Of a stretch of 42,064 nt of DNA, positions 10,211 to 24,012 are shown one piece after another. This DNA is from Octopus bimaculoides. Taxonomy: Eukaryota. The stretch is from assembly GCF_001194135.2 (NCBI RefSeq), contig NC_068982.1, positions 113,234,753 to 113,276,816 of the forward strand, in the 5' to 3' direction. Under the pieces are notes generated by a model, which did not search any database, had not been told where the DNA came from, and worked only from the letters and a program-made list of their open reading frames with translations. A program made the translations under genes and the position numbers. Positions within the stretch are counted from its first letter, which is position 1. Each line of letters starts with the position of its first letter.

Positions 10211-11449
10211 ATTTCCACGTTAATTTCATGTAATAACACGTCTAAATACGAAATTTTATTGAGGTGGTGGTGTGGAAAAGACTGTAATACAATAATTCCC
10301 TCTATTTAGTTACATTAGTTTACGACCATATTTCGTTGACGATATTCTTGACATATTTTGTACAGAAAGTATTAGATACATAAGTACAAACGTTACTGGC
10401 GTTGCTAAAACAATATCAATTAAGTATTCGTGAGAATCAATTAACTACGTTTTATGATAAACGTTTAATAATATTATGATATTGTAGATACTATAAATAT
10501 GGATGCGTGAGTCAAGAACAGTCTTTAATTTCTTATGTAATCTCTGAGGGTAGTCCACGGCCGGCTTAATAAGTCAATGATAAGTCAATGTTTAAACAGT
10601 ACATGTTTACTTAGAAGCCCCCATAAAATAGAGGTGGTGTTTCACACAAAGAAAATTAACCATTTTCAATCGCAATATTCATATATAGAGGTAGAGTTAA
10701 CATGTGCTGTAGCAGTAGTGTTGTACACATTAATGTCTTCAGAATGTGTCTATAGTAGAATTCGACTAAGTAAATATACACGTTGCTGAAATAAAGGAAA
10801 GCAAAACAATAGAATCGATATTCGGAAATTTAAGCTCCAGTCCATTTAAGGCTTGTCGTATTAAAGACTAATTATAAGAGTAGATAATTACCACTACCTT
10901 GATTTTTGCTGGGTTCTCTAAAAGAAAAAATTATGGGAACATCTTTGAATTCTGATTAGATAAGCAGTGATGGTTGTAAAGCAATGCCGGCTTATTGCTC
11001 TGAATTTTACCGAAAAGGGAGCGAGAACAAATTTGCATACTTATTATAAAGGCAATACATGGCAGATGAGTACTGCTCTCTCTCGTTGTTCCAATAAATC
11101 GGTGAACAACAAAAATTCCACCCAGTTGCATGAAGGTCGCTACAGTCTTGAGCAAAATTTTAAAATCAATATTTAACGAACGTCTAGCCGATTCTGCTAT
11201 ATAATTTCATTGCATGTGTCGAAGCATTCCATATTTCACTTAATCTATAAATGTTACAACTTCACATTGTCGAAAACTGTGAGAGCAGGTGTCAGAAACC
11301 AAAAAATTGTCTCTATCAATAATGTTTCTCATGTTCTAATTAATTTAATGTACACACAATAAGGTTTTCCTGTGTCTGTATCATAATGCATAAATTCAAT
11401 AGAGACTAGTAAATTTTAGTCAATATTTATGAGATGCATCTCCTAAATT

Positions 11450-11464
11450 AATAATAATAATAAC

Positions 11465-11535
<71 letters not shown>

Positions 11536-11562
11536 TAATAATGATGATGATGATAATAATAA
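11450..11562 (+). repeat. (AAT)n microsatellite
   Basis: Direct reading. Confidence 0.97.
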
Positions 11563-11790
11563 TGCAGTATCAGGTAGTGGTCCTCGTGACATCTGATGTT
11601 AACTGATTGGAAGTGTTATCATGTATATTGTTTTGTCCTGGAATAAAAGATGAGTTAGAGTAAATATTCTGCTCAATACCACAGATGTACTTGTCAGTTG
11701 TTTGACCATAACCAGTTGAGCATGTGTCTTAGTGGTTGACGATATGTGCACCTTTGATCACAATCAGTAGTAGTTGGGGAGCATCATAGC
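11563..11790 (+). mobile_element. AAT-associated non-coding element, copy 2, 3'-truncated
   Basis: Homologous to the first ~230 bp of 1936-2465; directly follows (AAT)n. Confidence 0.85.
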
Positions 11791-11912
11791 TGAATAAGGA
11801 TAAACAATGTATCGTTGCATTTCAGATTGATTCCAAAAGTATAACATTTACCATATCGAAGTCGATTCGAGGATTTGACTGAATCGTTAGCACGCCGGAC
11901 AAAGTGCTTAGC

Positions 11913-13085
11913 AAAAGAGGGACTCATAAAAACCAAAGCCATCTCCATTAGAAGAGGAATATTTCAGGGAGACACACTCTCTCCACTCCTTTTCTGCTTG
12001 GCACTGACGCCTTTATCTGATATTCTAAACAGAACTAGAACTGTTACGGCAAAACAATCAGCCACCACTTATATATGAATGATCTAAAACTGTACGCTAC
12101 AAACGATTATCAACTGGAAACATTACTGTTGACATTACATGGATTTACCAAAGAAATAAACATGAAATTTGGCTTAGAAAAATGTGCCAAAGCAACCTCG
12201 AAAATGGGAAAGCTAGTTAAGAGTAGCAACATCACACTAGATAAAGTAAATGAAATAAGAGAATTAGACGAAAGCCAGACATACCAATACTTAAAAATCA
12301 ATGAACTAGATACGTTACGACACACACAGATGAAAGAGAAGATAATAAAAGAATACTATAGACGAGCTAGATTAATACTAAATACAGAGCTTAATGCGAA
12401 AAACAAGATAATAGGTATCAACAATCTAGCCGTCCCAGTTATAAGTTACAGCTACATTATTCTTAACTGGACACTAAATAAACTAATCAAAATAAACAGA
12501 AAAACAAGGAAAATAATGACAGCACTTTGAATGCACAACCCAGAATTGACATAGGAAGGTTATATATACAGCGTATCGAGGGTGATAGAGACCTGATACA
12601 ACTAGAAAACTATTACAAAATAACCACCATAGGACTACAAAACAAAATAAAAATTGTTTCAGTCTTTAAGGAAGCTAACAAATACAAAAAAGAAGTCATA
12701 ATGCCTCACAACTATGAAGACAAAAAAAAAAAAAGAAACAAAAGCTGTAAAACAAATGAAATCCAAACTAAAACTGGAACAGCAATGGATTGTGATAAAA
12801 CGATGACAAGAAAAACCACTTCATAGCAAATACAGCGTGAAACTAAACAGAAAAGAAACTGACAAAGCAAAATCCCAGCAATGGCTGAGAAGTTCAGGAC
12901 TCAATGCAGAGACTGAAGGATTTCTAATAGCAGCACAAGATCAAAGTCTTCCTACCAGAAATTACCAAAAACATGTAATGAAAAAAATACAACTGCAGAA
13001 TATTTGGAGTTGGACAAGAAACAGTAAATCATATTGTCTCTGGCTGCCCAGTCCTGGCTAAGAAGGAATATGTTCACATACAAGA
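11913..13085 (+). mobile_element. Dong/R4-like retrotransposon internal fragment (RT domains 5-7 to knuckle); same family as element 1
   Basis: RRGIFQGDTLSPLLFCLAL, YMNDLKLY (YMDD equivalent), MKFGLEKCA, LNAKNKIIGIN, IGRLYIQRIEG. 12880-13078 closely matches 61-260 (WLRSSGL(N/K)AETEGFLIAAQDQSLPTRNYQKH). Confidence 0.92.
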
Positions 13086-13109
13086 CAGTGCAACCACAAG
13101 GCGAGACTG

Positions 13110-14000
13110 GATGAGACCCCGGTGATTTACTTCGTGGGGGTTGAAATGTTGGGTAGTCAGATCACTAGGTCTGACAAGAAGCATGTTAGAAGAATCTGCA
13201 GGGAGATCGAAAGTCAACTTCATATTTCTGACTTAAGTAATGCCTACAGAGCAATCGCTATGCTTATGGGATCAAAACCTCGATGTACTAGAGTTTTAGA
13301 ATTCTAATTGGCGGCTTACTGTGCATCGTACTTTGAGGAATTGTATAAGGACCCACCTAGAAAGTTTTGCATACTACGATGCCTTCAGCGCTGATAAACC
13401 ATCTGACACTCAGTTATGATCCGCCGTCTATTGATAAGGTCCGTAAGAGTGGGACAGCAGTTAGTGTCTGCTGTACCTATAGGGAGATGATCAAGAAAGT
13501 TGGGCCTGCTACAGGCGTTTTTCTTTTAGCAGATCATCTCCTTACTGAATGAGGATTATTATTATTATTATTGCTCTCAGGATGGGTAAAAGTGACCGTC
13601 ACGGCTACAACTATTGAGCTATTATACTCCACTCTTCTCAGTGTCTGGTAAGGTCTTTGCCGTGGTTATTCTAAACAGAGTGCAAAATCATTTGCTTGCC
13701 TTTCAGCGACCGGAACACTTAGAGTTCACGCCTGATAAGACAACTACTACCAGGATCCTGCCTTACCGAGTACACATCGAACGCAGGCAGAGTTTTCAAT
13801 AGAGGCTGCATACAGCTTATGTCGAGTTCAACAAGGCATTTAACTCGGTCGACCGGATTGTGCTCCCTTGGGGTTTGGAGAATATCGGAACTGTGGGCGC
13901 AGTTCGGATTGGGTGCTTAACATCTGACCTTTTCACAAGTAGATCTGTGGTTCGTTAGGGTTGTGATTTGACTCCTATTCTATTTAATATCTGCATGGGA
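13110..14000 (+). mobile_element. RTE-clade LINE internal remnant (linker + RT domains)
   Basis: RSDKKHVRRICREIE, SYFEELYK, DPPSIDKVR, SVSGKVFAVVILNRVQNHL..QRPEH, AYVEFNKAFNSVDR, GCDLTPILFN. Confidence 0.85.
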
Positions 14001-14211
14001 TAGGTATCACTATGGCTAGAAAAAGTTATTCGAAACAAGTGTAAATATAGGTGTAAAAGAATTCTTTTGACAAAACTGGTATTCAATTTACCAACCACGG
14101 TAAAATTAAAGATCAAGATCGTAAAACAAGAAGAAATGTTGCTAAGCGTTTTGTTCAGTGAGCTTAAGACTCTACTAAGTAGCCGCTTAGGTTTTATTAA
14201 ATAATACGTTC

Positions 14212-14405
14212 TGCTACAAGGCTTGGTATTTGTAGGGAAAGGCTGATCGATCGCATCGGCTCCAGTACATAACTAATATTCATTTTATCGACTCCAAAAG
14301 GATGAAAGGTTCGGTCGTGCTCCGGAGTTTTTGAACTTATATAATGAAGTCAAAAGAAATGCTGCTAACCATTTTGTCCGGTGAGGTAACTATACTACCA
14401 GCTTG
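14212..14405 (-). mobile_element. SINE family A, degraded
   Basis: Reverse complement matches 15238-15450 (ccggacaaaatggttagc, tttcatcc..gtcgataaaat). Confidence 0.7.
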
Positions 14406-14475
14406 TAGATTTTGTTATATTAAATAACAGACCCAATTCATTACTAGAACTAAATTTTCTTTTTATTTAACTATC

Positions 14476-14476
<1 letters not shown>

Positions 14477-14523
<47 letters not shown>

Positions 14524-14543
14524 ATCTCTTTCTCTCTCTCTCT
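14477..14543. repeat. (CT)n microsatellite
   Basis: Direct reading. Confidence 0.95.
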
Positions 14544-15237
14544 GTCCGTTCTGGATTGCACCAGCAATTCAAACGCATTATGTCCCATTGTATTATACCA
14601 ATTCACTTCCAGTATTACGTTAATGGCACATGCGTAAACGGAAAACGCAACTGTATGACATGTAGCAATTTCACTTGATTGAACAACTAAATGCTCATCT
14701 CCGAAACCGAGAGAGGATTAACCAAATCCGTTCGCGCGGAGAAAAAAATTTTCAAATTGAAGTAAGACCTCATTATTGGATGTATAATAGAACCTTCACT
14801 CTTAGCCTGTTGGTAATGGTTATGAAAGTGTTTGCGATGTGATGATGACTATAATGATTATGCTGTTATAGTTTAGCCCTCATTTCAGCCCAAACTGAGT
14901 AGAACTAAGATGAAAGACATTCACATCAAGACCATCCTGTTTTTCTCTAGTGTTACATAATCCAATGTTTACTGCAATTTGTTCAAGATCACAATGATGT
15001 ACTTTAAGGGAACTGGAACGGTGATCATGGTAGTTGTGATGTTTGTGGTGTATTCATGGCTATGATGATCATATTGACGATGGTGGCGTTGGTAGTGATG
15101 GCTATGGTGATGGTGATGGTTGGTGGCGTTGTAGTTGGGGTGCAGTAGTGAAAGCCGTAATCTACCATCGCTCATAGGGACGTTAGTAGTATTAGCAGCA
15201 GCAGCAGTTTTTAATAACATCATTAGTAGCGTAACAT

Positions 15238-15450
15238 GGTGAGCTGGGAGAATCGTTAGGACGCTGGACAAAATGCTTAGCGGCATTTCGTCCGTCTTTA
15301 CGTTCTGAGTTCAAATTCCACCGAAGTCGACTTTGCGTTTCACCCTCTCGACGTTGATACAATAAGCAACAGTTGAAGACTATGGTAAATGTATTTGACT
15401 TCCCCCTTCACTAAAATTGCTAGCCTTGTGACAAAATTTGAAACCATTAA
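15238..15450 (+). mobile_element. tRNA-like SINE family A, near full length
   Basis: A-box-like ggtgagctgggagaatcg, B-box-like gagttcaaattcc, 3' gccttgtgacaaaatttgaaaccatta. Confidence 0.85.
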
Positions 15451-15494
15451 TTTGGAGTGTGTTTAGATATTGTACCTGTGTCGTAACTATTAAT

Positions 15495-15512
15495 TGTAGT
15501 AGTAGTAGTAGC

Positions 15513-15573
<61 letters not shown>

Positions 15574-15904
15574 ACAACAGCAGTAGCTACAACATTTAAT
15601 GTATTTGAGGCGATGTTGTGTTTTGTGATGTTGCTGATGCCAGCCGTTGTAGTTGAGAATATAGTGAGATTGCGGTGGTGTGTCTTTTGTTGTTGTACTG
15701 ATTGTTGTGAGATTGTCGTGAGAAAGGTTGTGGTTGTGGTGGTGATGGTGGTGAGGTATTTGACTGTAGTCGTTGTAGTTGCTGAGGTGGTTGTGCATGT
15801 TGTCGTAGTTCTTGGTTTGCAGTGGTAGTTGTAGTAGCCATTTAGAAGGGGTGATGGTGTTGCAGTTGTATAAGTATTATCAGTTGGTCTATTAACAGTA
15901 GCTT

Positions 15905-15946
<42 letters not shown>

Positions 15947-15960
15947 AAGCAACAGCAGCA
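15495..15960. repeat. (TAG)n tracts flanking a GTT/GGT-rich low-complexity trinucleotide block
   Basis: Direct reading; explains the Thr-rich and Val-rich pseudo-ORFs. Confidence 0.9.
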
Positions 15961-16024
15961 AAAGTTTCTCCCATCTTTAACATCAACTGTTAGTGAGTTG
16001 AGATTGGCATTGCTGCCGCCCTAT

Positions 16025-16075
16025 TTATGTATTTATGTATGTATGTATGTATGTATGTATGTATGTATGTATGCA
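16025..16075. repeat. (TATG)n microsatellite
   Basis: Direct reading. Confidence 0.9.
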
Positions 16076-16676
16076 TGATGCATGTATGTAGGTGGTGTGT
16101 GCCTATGTATACATGAACATATGTGTATGTATATGTGTTTACAGGAGTAAGGAAGGGAGGAAAGGGCGGAAGGAAGATACATAAACTTGAGAATATCATT
16201 TAGTATTAATAGTTATTTGTACTTGCGACTCTTATCAGTATTTGAGGTGGCTGTTTGGGTTGTGAGATGGTAAAAGATGAAAATATATGGTAGTTTGTAT
16301 ATGTATGTATTTGTGAGCGCGTAGAAACTATTGCTATATTTCCTCTCACTAGCACCACCACTATCATCTCTAGAAGATGAGCCCCGTTTACTCGTCTTTT
16401 CAAAACATCCTGTCAAGATCTCAGGAGCGTGCAAATAAATAAATAAATAAACCAATGAATTAAAAGAAATATTTTACCTATACTAAACGGTATAAGCTAT
16501 AGTGCTTCAATTGACAAAGTGCTGTTCCTTTCGCGAAATGGATGGAATACCTTTACATAGATAAAATCCTGTGGTTAGTGTCAGACGTCGGACAGACGTC
16601 ACTGCTACCATTTTCTATCATCACCCACACCACAAATGTTTTCACAAAACATACTCTATTCCCATCCCTTCACTTT

Positions 16677-16680
<4 letters not shown>

Positions 16681-16721
<41 letters not shown>

Positions 16722-16742
16722 ATCTTTCTATCTCTCTCTCTC
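16681..16742. repeat. (CT)n microsatellite
   Basis: Direct reading. Confidence 0.95.
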
Positions 16743-16844
16743 ATTTCCTCTCATCTTTCCTATTTTATCTCTTTTAAATTTCTCTATTCCTTCCTATAAA
16801 AGCAAATTAACAAGCACCTACAATAACAACAGTAGTATTTCACG

Positions 16845-17055
16845 AGCCAACGTGATAGCCACTTTCTGGTCACTAAGCCTGCTAGAAATAACAGCAGAAC
16901 TCTCCCTCAATGTTTCGACCTTTAAAAAAAAGGATTTCATAGTGGATAATATAGTCCTAAATTACACTGCGTAGAAAAAGAAAAAAAATTACAAAATGTG
17001 CCTTTGATCATCGGTCCCCTGCACCAGGACTGACCTGGGGTTAATCAACAATACC
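16845..17055 (+). mobile_element. SINE-like element 3' part with CAA-type tail; related fragment at 21795-21900
   Basis: Both end in ..gatc/gactgacctgggg(t/c)taa.caacaa; ggtcactaagcctgctagaaata is also similar to 31845-31860. Confidence 0.55.
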
Positions 17056-18780
17056 AGCACATCTTTTTTCAAAGACTCTCTATATCTCTCTCTCACTCTC
17101 TCTCTCTCACTCTATTTCTCTCTCTCTATCTCTATCTCCTTCCGATTAATTTCTTTCTCAGTCACTGTCCACACAACATGTTTATGGAAAACAAAAACAC
17201 TTCTACAAACGTCAAACTACCGACTCTGGCGCTCTCAGATTAACATCAACATGTTGTACGCATTCATTCCGAGATAATAATGATTTCGAGTACCAACAAC
17301 TCTGAAAAATAAAGAAGGCAAGTGCAAACGATGATAGAAAAGTTTAATACATGTGTGCCACATATCATTTGTTTTTCTTTTCTTCACTTCCTTTTTTTAG
17401 GTTAAATGAAAACTTCTACAGTGAACAATTATTGTTTGTTTGTATTTAATTTCCAGCCGCAGAATTGTATTAATGTATAAATACTTTTTTTTCAAAATCG
17501 ATAATATTGAAGTGCATTAATTGATCTCTTGCCTGTCTGATGGAGGCATAAAACGGAGTACACGTGTTGTCAAAATAGCGCGTATGATATGAATATTAAC
17601 ATTACTAAGATAGTAATATCAGGAGTAATGGTAAAATTTCTCGGTATATACGTATTTTTCCTAATAAACCAAGAACAAGTATGATGTAAGTACGAAATAT
17701 TTGCAGTTTGCTCTTAATTTATTTTTATTTTTTTATACATATATATATATTTCTTTTTTTTTTACATAAATGATTTTAAAATATTCTGTAGTGATTGTTC
17801 CTGCATTCCTGAATATGTTAGTAATTTAATAGTTGCAGCCTTGTCAGTAACGTTTTTTTTTTGTTTTCTTTCTATCAAAATATTTAAAAAATCATTATTT
17901 GTAGTGGGAATACCAATGGGTTTTGCTTTTACCTTATTTCTTAGTCACGGGAGGAAAGGTAGAACGTATGGTCTTTCTCGGGGCTACCGAAATTACTGGG
18001 TAGAAAGACGATAGTTCTCTGTTTAAAGACTTGGTATTTATGCCTGTAGAAGAGTGAACTTGGTAAAAGTCACCTAAAAGCCAGGTGGTGGTATTAAACA
18101 AAGTGATGGAATTAGTTAGACATAAAAAGAATAGGAGTGGTCCCTGTTAGACACCCACATAAATTCCATCTGCTGAATCCCACTCTCAATAATCTAGACG
18201 ACTGGAAGTTACAGTAGAAGAGTTTTATTCAATTTATTATGCATTTGGATCGAACCCGACATCGATAGTTTTAACCCGCCACCATTTGCCGCTTTGTGTG
18301 CCTTTAGTGAAATCCAGTCTGTTGCAAGCATTTGGACCAGGTTTCCAATTTGAGAACAGCTTCCTCTCTACTTCCCACTAGACTCGAATGTTCTGTAACA
18401 GGTGGTGAGAACCGCTTTCCCGGCTATAAGATAAAAACATATATATACTTTCGAATCAAACCCGAAAACAGTTTCGAAGCGAACTTCTTGAAAGATATTC
18501 ATCGCTAGTGTACTCAATAAAAATTGCTTATACTAAATAACAAAAATTATTATGCTGTGAATCTTCTAGTAAGAATGACCAAGAGTGTAAAATGGAGCGT
18601 CGGAATCAATGTTTCTCTTTTGGAGTTAGACATACCCCTGAAATCATATCAATGATCTTATACAGGTACAACATCGATTTTCCGGAATCTTTGGATCCAA
18701 AGTATTTCCAGGAGACGGATTTTTCCGAAACAGGGTCAGTTACCTCGGTCAATACACTTTAAATTTAACAAATATTGTTT

Positions 18781-18962
18781 TCAAATTTTGGCACTAGGCC
18801 AGACATTTCGAAGGGGTTGAATCGATTACATCGACTCCACTACTCAACTAGTACTTATTTGATCGACCCCGAAAAGATGAAATACAAAGACGACCATTTC
18901 AATTCAAAATTCAAAGACTGACGAAACACCGCTAAGCGTTTTGCCCAGCCAGCTCACCGCCA
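18781..18962 (-). mobile_element. SINE family A
   Basis: Reverse complement reads atggcggtgagctggctgggcaaaacgcttagcggtgtttcgtc..ggggtcgatcaaataagtactagt..gccaaaatttgaaa. Confidence 0.8.
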
Positions 18963-19499
18963 TAAAGAAAACAAATGTTAAATTCAAATAATTAAACGAA
19001 ATATAGATACCTGTACATTAGTATAATGATACAAATTTATTAATACAGTGCTTTCAAGGTACTAGTCTGCAAGATACCTACGATAATATATATANNNNNN
19101 NNNNNNNNNNNNNNNNNNNNNNNNNNNNNNNNNNNNNNNNNNNNNNNNNNNNNNNNNNNNNNNNNNNNNNNNNNNNNNNNNNNNNNNNNNNNNNNNNNNN
19201 NNNATATATATATATATATAGATGTCTTTGATCACCGGTCTCCTAAAACATATCACAACTGAACTTAACAACTAGATTTATGAGGATGGCAACTGGTGTC
19301 ATTGATGCACAAACTGATCATGTACATTCGCACAGGGATATGCACGTACACACGCACCCTTTGTGTACATACATATTGTATATATGGTTTTATATCAGAG
19401 TGACCTTCTACTCGAGGGGTGCCTTCTAGCACACTGGGCACCAACCTGGAAGATCCAAATGCGCGTGTTATTGCTAGATACTCTTTGATCTTATACCTG

Positions 19500-19920
19500 T
19501 CAAAAGGGTTTATTCACCCTTTTGAGAGGTTTTGTCTTGCTGGGTTTCTAATAACTCTCATCACCAAGCTAACCTGGCGGAGATGCCGTTTTATTCATCG
19601 ACAATTGACCATGCAACATGTTGTACTGGAATCCATGTTGTCAGTAGCACTCGTTCAATGCATGGGATATATAGAAGATCGATTGGAAAAGCAATGTTTC
19701 TCATCGTCACCAATAGAGGAAACAGGTAAAAGAAGGTGTGAGTGTTTTCAAAAAGAAAATAGCACTCATTTTGCAAGCAGAATTTAAGCGAGCTGCTCGA
19801 AAAATGCACCACCAATGTAGTGAAAAAGAAAGCTTGGATTGCAATACCTGCAAGCATATTTTCTTCTTATCAAGGGCTGGGCTTATTAGTAACTTGTGAA
19901 CCTACAAGTGTAAAGTATAA
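19500..19920 (+). mobile_element. RTE-clade LINE 3' remnant with a single degenerate C2H2 finger
   Basis: DWKSNVSHRHQ*RKQVKEGVSVFKKK..KRAARK..LDCNTCKHIFFLSRAGLISNL*. Confidence 0.65.
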
Positions 19921-20159
19921 ATTTGTGTGAGTGCACAATGTTCTTAACGCTCAGTCTTCCATGGTATGAGACAGACAGGTAGATAGATTGAAAAGACAGA
20001 TAGATAGATTGAAAGAAACATAGACAGAAAGATAGATATACATATATGTAGATATACCACTATAGCGACCAGACTATCTAGTGCTGTTTTTCACGGCTGA
20101 TCATAATGTGTTTAATCGAACTGTTTTAAATTTCGAATGATGTCACTTCACTGGCCAGG

Positions 20160-20336
20160 TGAACAGGCCTACATCACCCCTGAAAGAAACGGTCGTCTTT
20201 CACAGACGAATGAGTGGACTGGAGTAACGTGAAAGGATATACTTAAGGACAACACAACGACTGGCTGTTCCAGGATCACAACCACGAGGTTGAGATCGTG
20301 AGTACAGCACCCTAATTACTAGGCCACGCGCCTTCA
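20160..20336 (-). mobile_element. tRNA-derived SINE family C (head and body)
   Basis: Reverse complement: ggcgcgtggcctagtaattagggtg (A-box-like), gtggttgtgatcctgg (B-box-like), ctccagtccactca. Confidence 0.7.
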
Positions 20337-20369
20337 TAATGTGTATACATACATATACATGTATGCATG

Positions 20370-20582
20370 TATTCATCAGATTACAAGTTCAAGTTTATAC
20401 CCGTGATTATTGGGGACCTGGGATATGTAGCACACTGCCTAAATACCAATCTTGAGAAATTGGGCCACTCAAAACCAGAAAGGAAAAATCGAAGTCGAAG
20501 ACTACAGATCGAATCCATCACTGGGACTGTAAAAATATGTAAAACTTTCCACAAGTTTATCATATATATATATATATATATA
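20370..20582 (+). mobile_element. Extreme 3' end of a second RLE-type non-LTR family, with (TA)n tail
   Basis: YKFKFIPVIIGDLGYV..LQIESITGTVKICKTF resembles the RLE C-terminal VVPIVIGALG..LQK.A..GT..I motif of elements 1-4; the ORF runs directly into (TA)n. Confidence 0.7.
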
Positions 20583-23461
20583 TGAGCATGTCTAAATATG
20601 CAACTATATGAATGAGAATACATACATAAACATACATACATACATAAAAANNNNNNNNNNAAACAAAAATACTTTGTTGTTGATGTTGAAATTCCAATGA
20701 AAGAGCCTTGGATCTAGGTTAGAAACCGGTTTTTTTCTCTATTAGCGAGAAATCTTGAAATAAACTGAATAATGACATACATGCCTACATACATAGTATT
20801 GCAGCTGAAAAAGTTCAGAGTCACTGAAGAAGAGTCATACAAATAAGTTAATTTACGGTCAAGTGTACATTAAGTCCGAGGGGTACATTTGCAAATTTGT
20901 GGTTATTGACTTCAGAAAAAAGTTATTTTCCTAAATTTCTGTTTGTTGATGCTTGATGCTACAAATGTTCAGTTTCACACTGTTTCTATAAAGTACTCGG
21001 TGGATACAGGTAAATCTCTTATATATACGCTTTAGGATATAGAGTCCGACAATTTCCGAAAATTCAAATGAATCTTTCGAGTCCCATATTCACATTGAAA
21101 ATACCATCTGGTTTTTTTTCCCCTCTACATTATGTGAAGTCTTAAAAATGAAATAAAACTCCAACTATGACATCCAATGCAGATTTATACTTTGTCATAA
21201 TGTATAACCATTCTAATAATACATTTAGACCTTGTATTTCTGAATGCTACAAAATATTTTCCAATTTGTCTCTTTTTAACAGAGTTGCTATTTTCTTGTG
21301 TGCATAAACCATTTAGGACGTTCAAACATTTCAAACCCTTTGATATATTACTGAAAATGATAAATGAAAGTTATCCCCCACCCCCAGCAGCGTTTCATTT
21401 TTTTTCCGAACAATATTTTATTTAGTTGACACACAGATACTACACTATCCTCATATCATCCAACCCAACTGCTTTCCGAATAGACACACAACGTTTCATA
21501 ACATTTAAATCTGCATTCTTTGACTGACCTTTCTGTTAAACTATTAACATCCTATCTTTCTTGTTTTGGTTTTTCCTCCTTTATAAATTTCTCTTCTATT
21601 CTCATTCCACTCTTCCTCAACTCCTAGCTAACATTATATATGCAATTTATAATAAAAGTTACCTCGTATGATATAATGATTCGACGATAAATGAAACTAT
21701 AGAAAACTGTAAACATAAATCGATAAGCAAGTTGATTTGCTTCAAACAACAACCAATGTTTTCCACAATGCTAGATACTGTATTAATTTATGAAGAACAC
21801 ATTGAATAATGTCTGAGAAAGAATGGAATAGTCATGGCTGAAAAGTTTGACCATAAGGCTGCTGGTCAGATCTGACTTGGGGCTAAACACCAACAACAAA
21901 AACGTAATATTTCTACCCCACCGTTTAATAGCATTCCTCAGTTTACTGAGGTCTATTCTTTTCCGATGCTTTCAGCGTCTTTTACTTGTTCTTCATCAAT
22001 GGTCGTTCAATGTGGAGTTTCAGTATTTTGCCAAATTCAGATGCAAACATTATTCATATAATAGCTAGTTTGTTAAACTATACATTTTCACAAATTGTAA
22101 TTGTTTCCAGTTATCCTTTCTACACTTGTGATATTCAAAGTTTACATACCCGATAATATTATAAGCAAAGTATCAATTCCATTACTTTCTCTCAGGGCTT
22201 AAATCCCAGAAGTCCTTTGGCTTGGACATGGTAGAAGGGTACAGAACAAAAGAATGATATTTCACATCAATTTGTGTCTCTTTAAGATGAGCTCAAATCT
22301 TATTATTGTTGACTATACGTTTCATAATTCTAGGATTAATAAGTTAAGTATCAGCCAAATGATGGATTGATCTACTCATGTATACCTTCCAATCAAAAAC
22401 ACGCAACAATGTGTTTACATTACAATTCAAGATTTAATTATGCCTTTACGCGTTCTGAATTCAAATTCCAGTGTGGTTAGAAATACATGATGGTGCAATA
22501 AAAAGCTAAGCTTCAATCCTTGCATAGCATGAACTCATTCAAAATTGTGATGTTACCTATTGTCATTCTGAATCCTGACGGCAATGTTGAAATGTTGCTG
22601 TCATTGAGAGCAAGTACACATATACATGTTTCCTCTTGTGGGATACATTTTATTTTTCCATTCTGAAATTATTTCTTTCACTAATATATAGTTATGCTGC
22701 CAATATTGATAAATATTTATAAAAACAGCAAAATTAATTCTATTACAATTATCAAAATATCCTTATTCTCTATCTCTCCATTTTCTCCTCTTTTCACTTG
22801 TGTTCATTTCTTTTCCAAAGTAGTTTCTATTTATCACTATGAAATCTATATCAACGTGCATAGTTAGTTCGTGTTAAAATATAAGGTCGTGTAGTAATTC
22901 CGGCCCATGATATATGGAGCTAAATTGCCCCTTAAAATAGTTACTTTTTTCTTACAATCATTGGAAGCATGATTATTTTAATAACCAGTTACCTATGTTA
23001 CGGCTGTTGGTCGTTTCGAGTCTCAGGTGGTAAACATTATCGGTTAGAGCGTAACATCATAACGTTTGTCAGTTGCCATCAATCTTTCTCCATACAAGTG
23101 CCAGATGGAACAGCGAGCTTGAACATATAATGTTCCACGGTGGATGATCACTAAGCATACATAAAGTCATTGCCAAATTTTCTTTCAGTAATGTATGTGT
23201 GTATAACTGCGTGCGTGAGTATATGTGTGTGTATGTGCTCGCGCACGTTTATGCTCATATGTATTTACATATGCATGTATTTATTTATCTTTGTATCAGT
23301 ATACATACGTAAAGATGCATACATACGCTAGTGTTACACTCTATTATAGTATGTTGTATTGTACTTGACATGTTTTTCTTTCGTTATTCAAATGTATGCC
23401 ACTGTCCAAACGTCCACTCTCCGATATCCACAAATCTTGCCTTGAACGGTTTTTTACAGTG

Positions 23462-23910
<449 letters not shown>

Positions 23911-23919
23911 CCATATACA

Positions 23920-23974
23920 TATGCATACACACATACACACACACGCACACACGCACACACACACACACACACAC

Positions 23975-24010
<36 letters not shown>
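23920..24010. repeat. (CA)n(TA)n microsatellite
   Basis: Direct reading. Confidence 0.95.

Positions 24011-24012
<2 letters not shown>

Noticed and set aside
10570-10591. Tandem ataagtcaatg x2; also cagacgtc x2 at ~16582-16600
   Set aside because: Small local duplications expected by slippage; no further support for function
14700-14790. E2F-like TTCGCGCGG next to TTTCAAA and a possible donor GAA/gtaag, suggesting a cell-cycle promoter
   Set aside because: Short motifs, spacing does not fit CDE/CHR, no linked gene or CpG island
15447-15986. 179 aa Thr-rich mucin-like ORF on minus
   Set aside because: It arises from (TAG)n and GTT-rich low-complexity DNA that lacks stops in that frame; no splice or domain evidence
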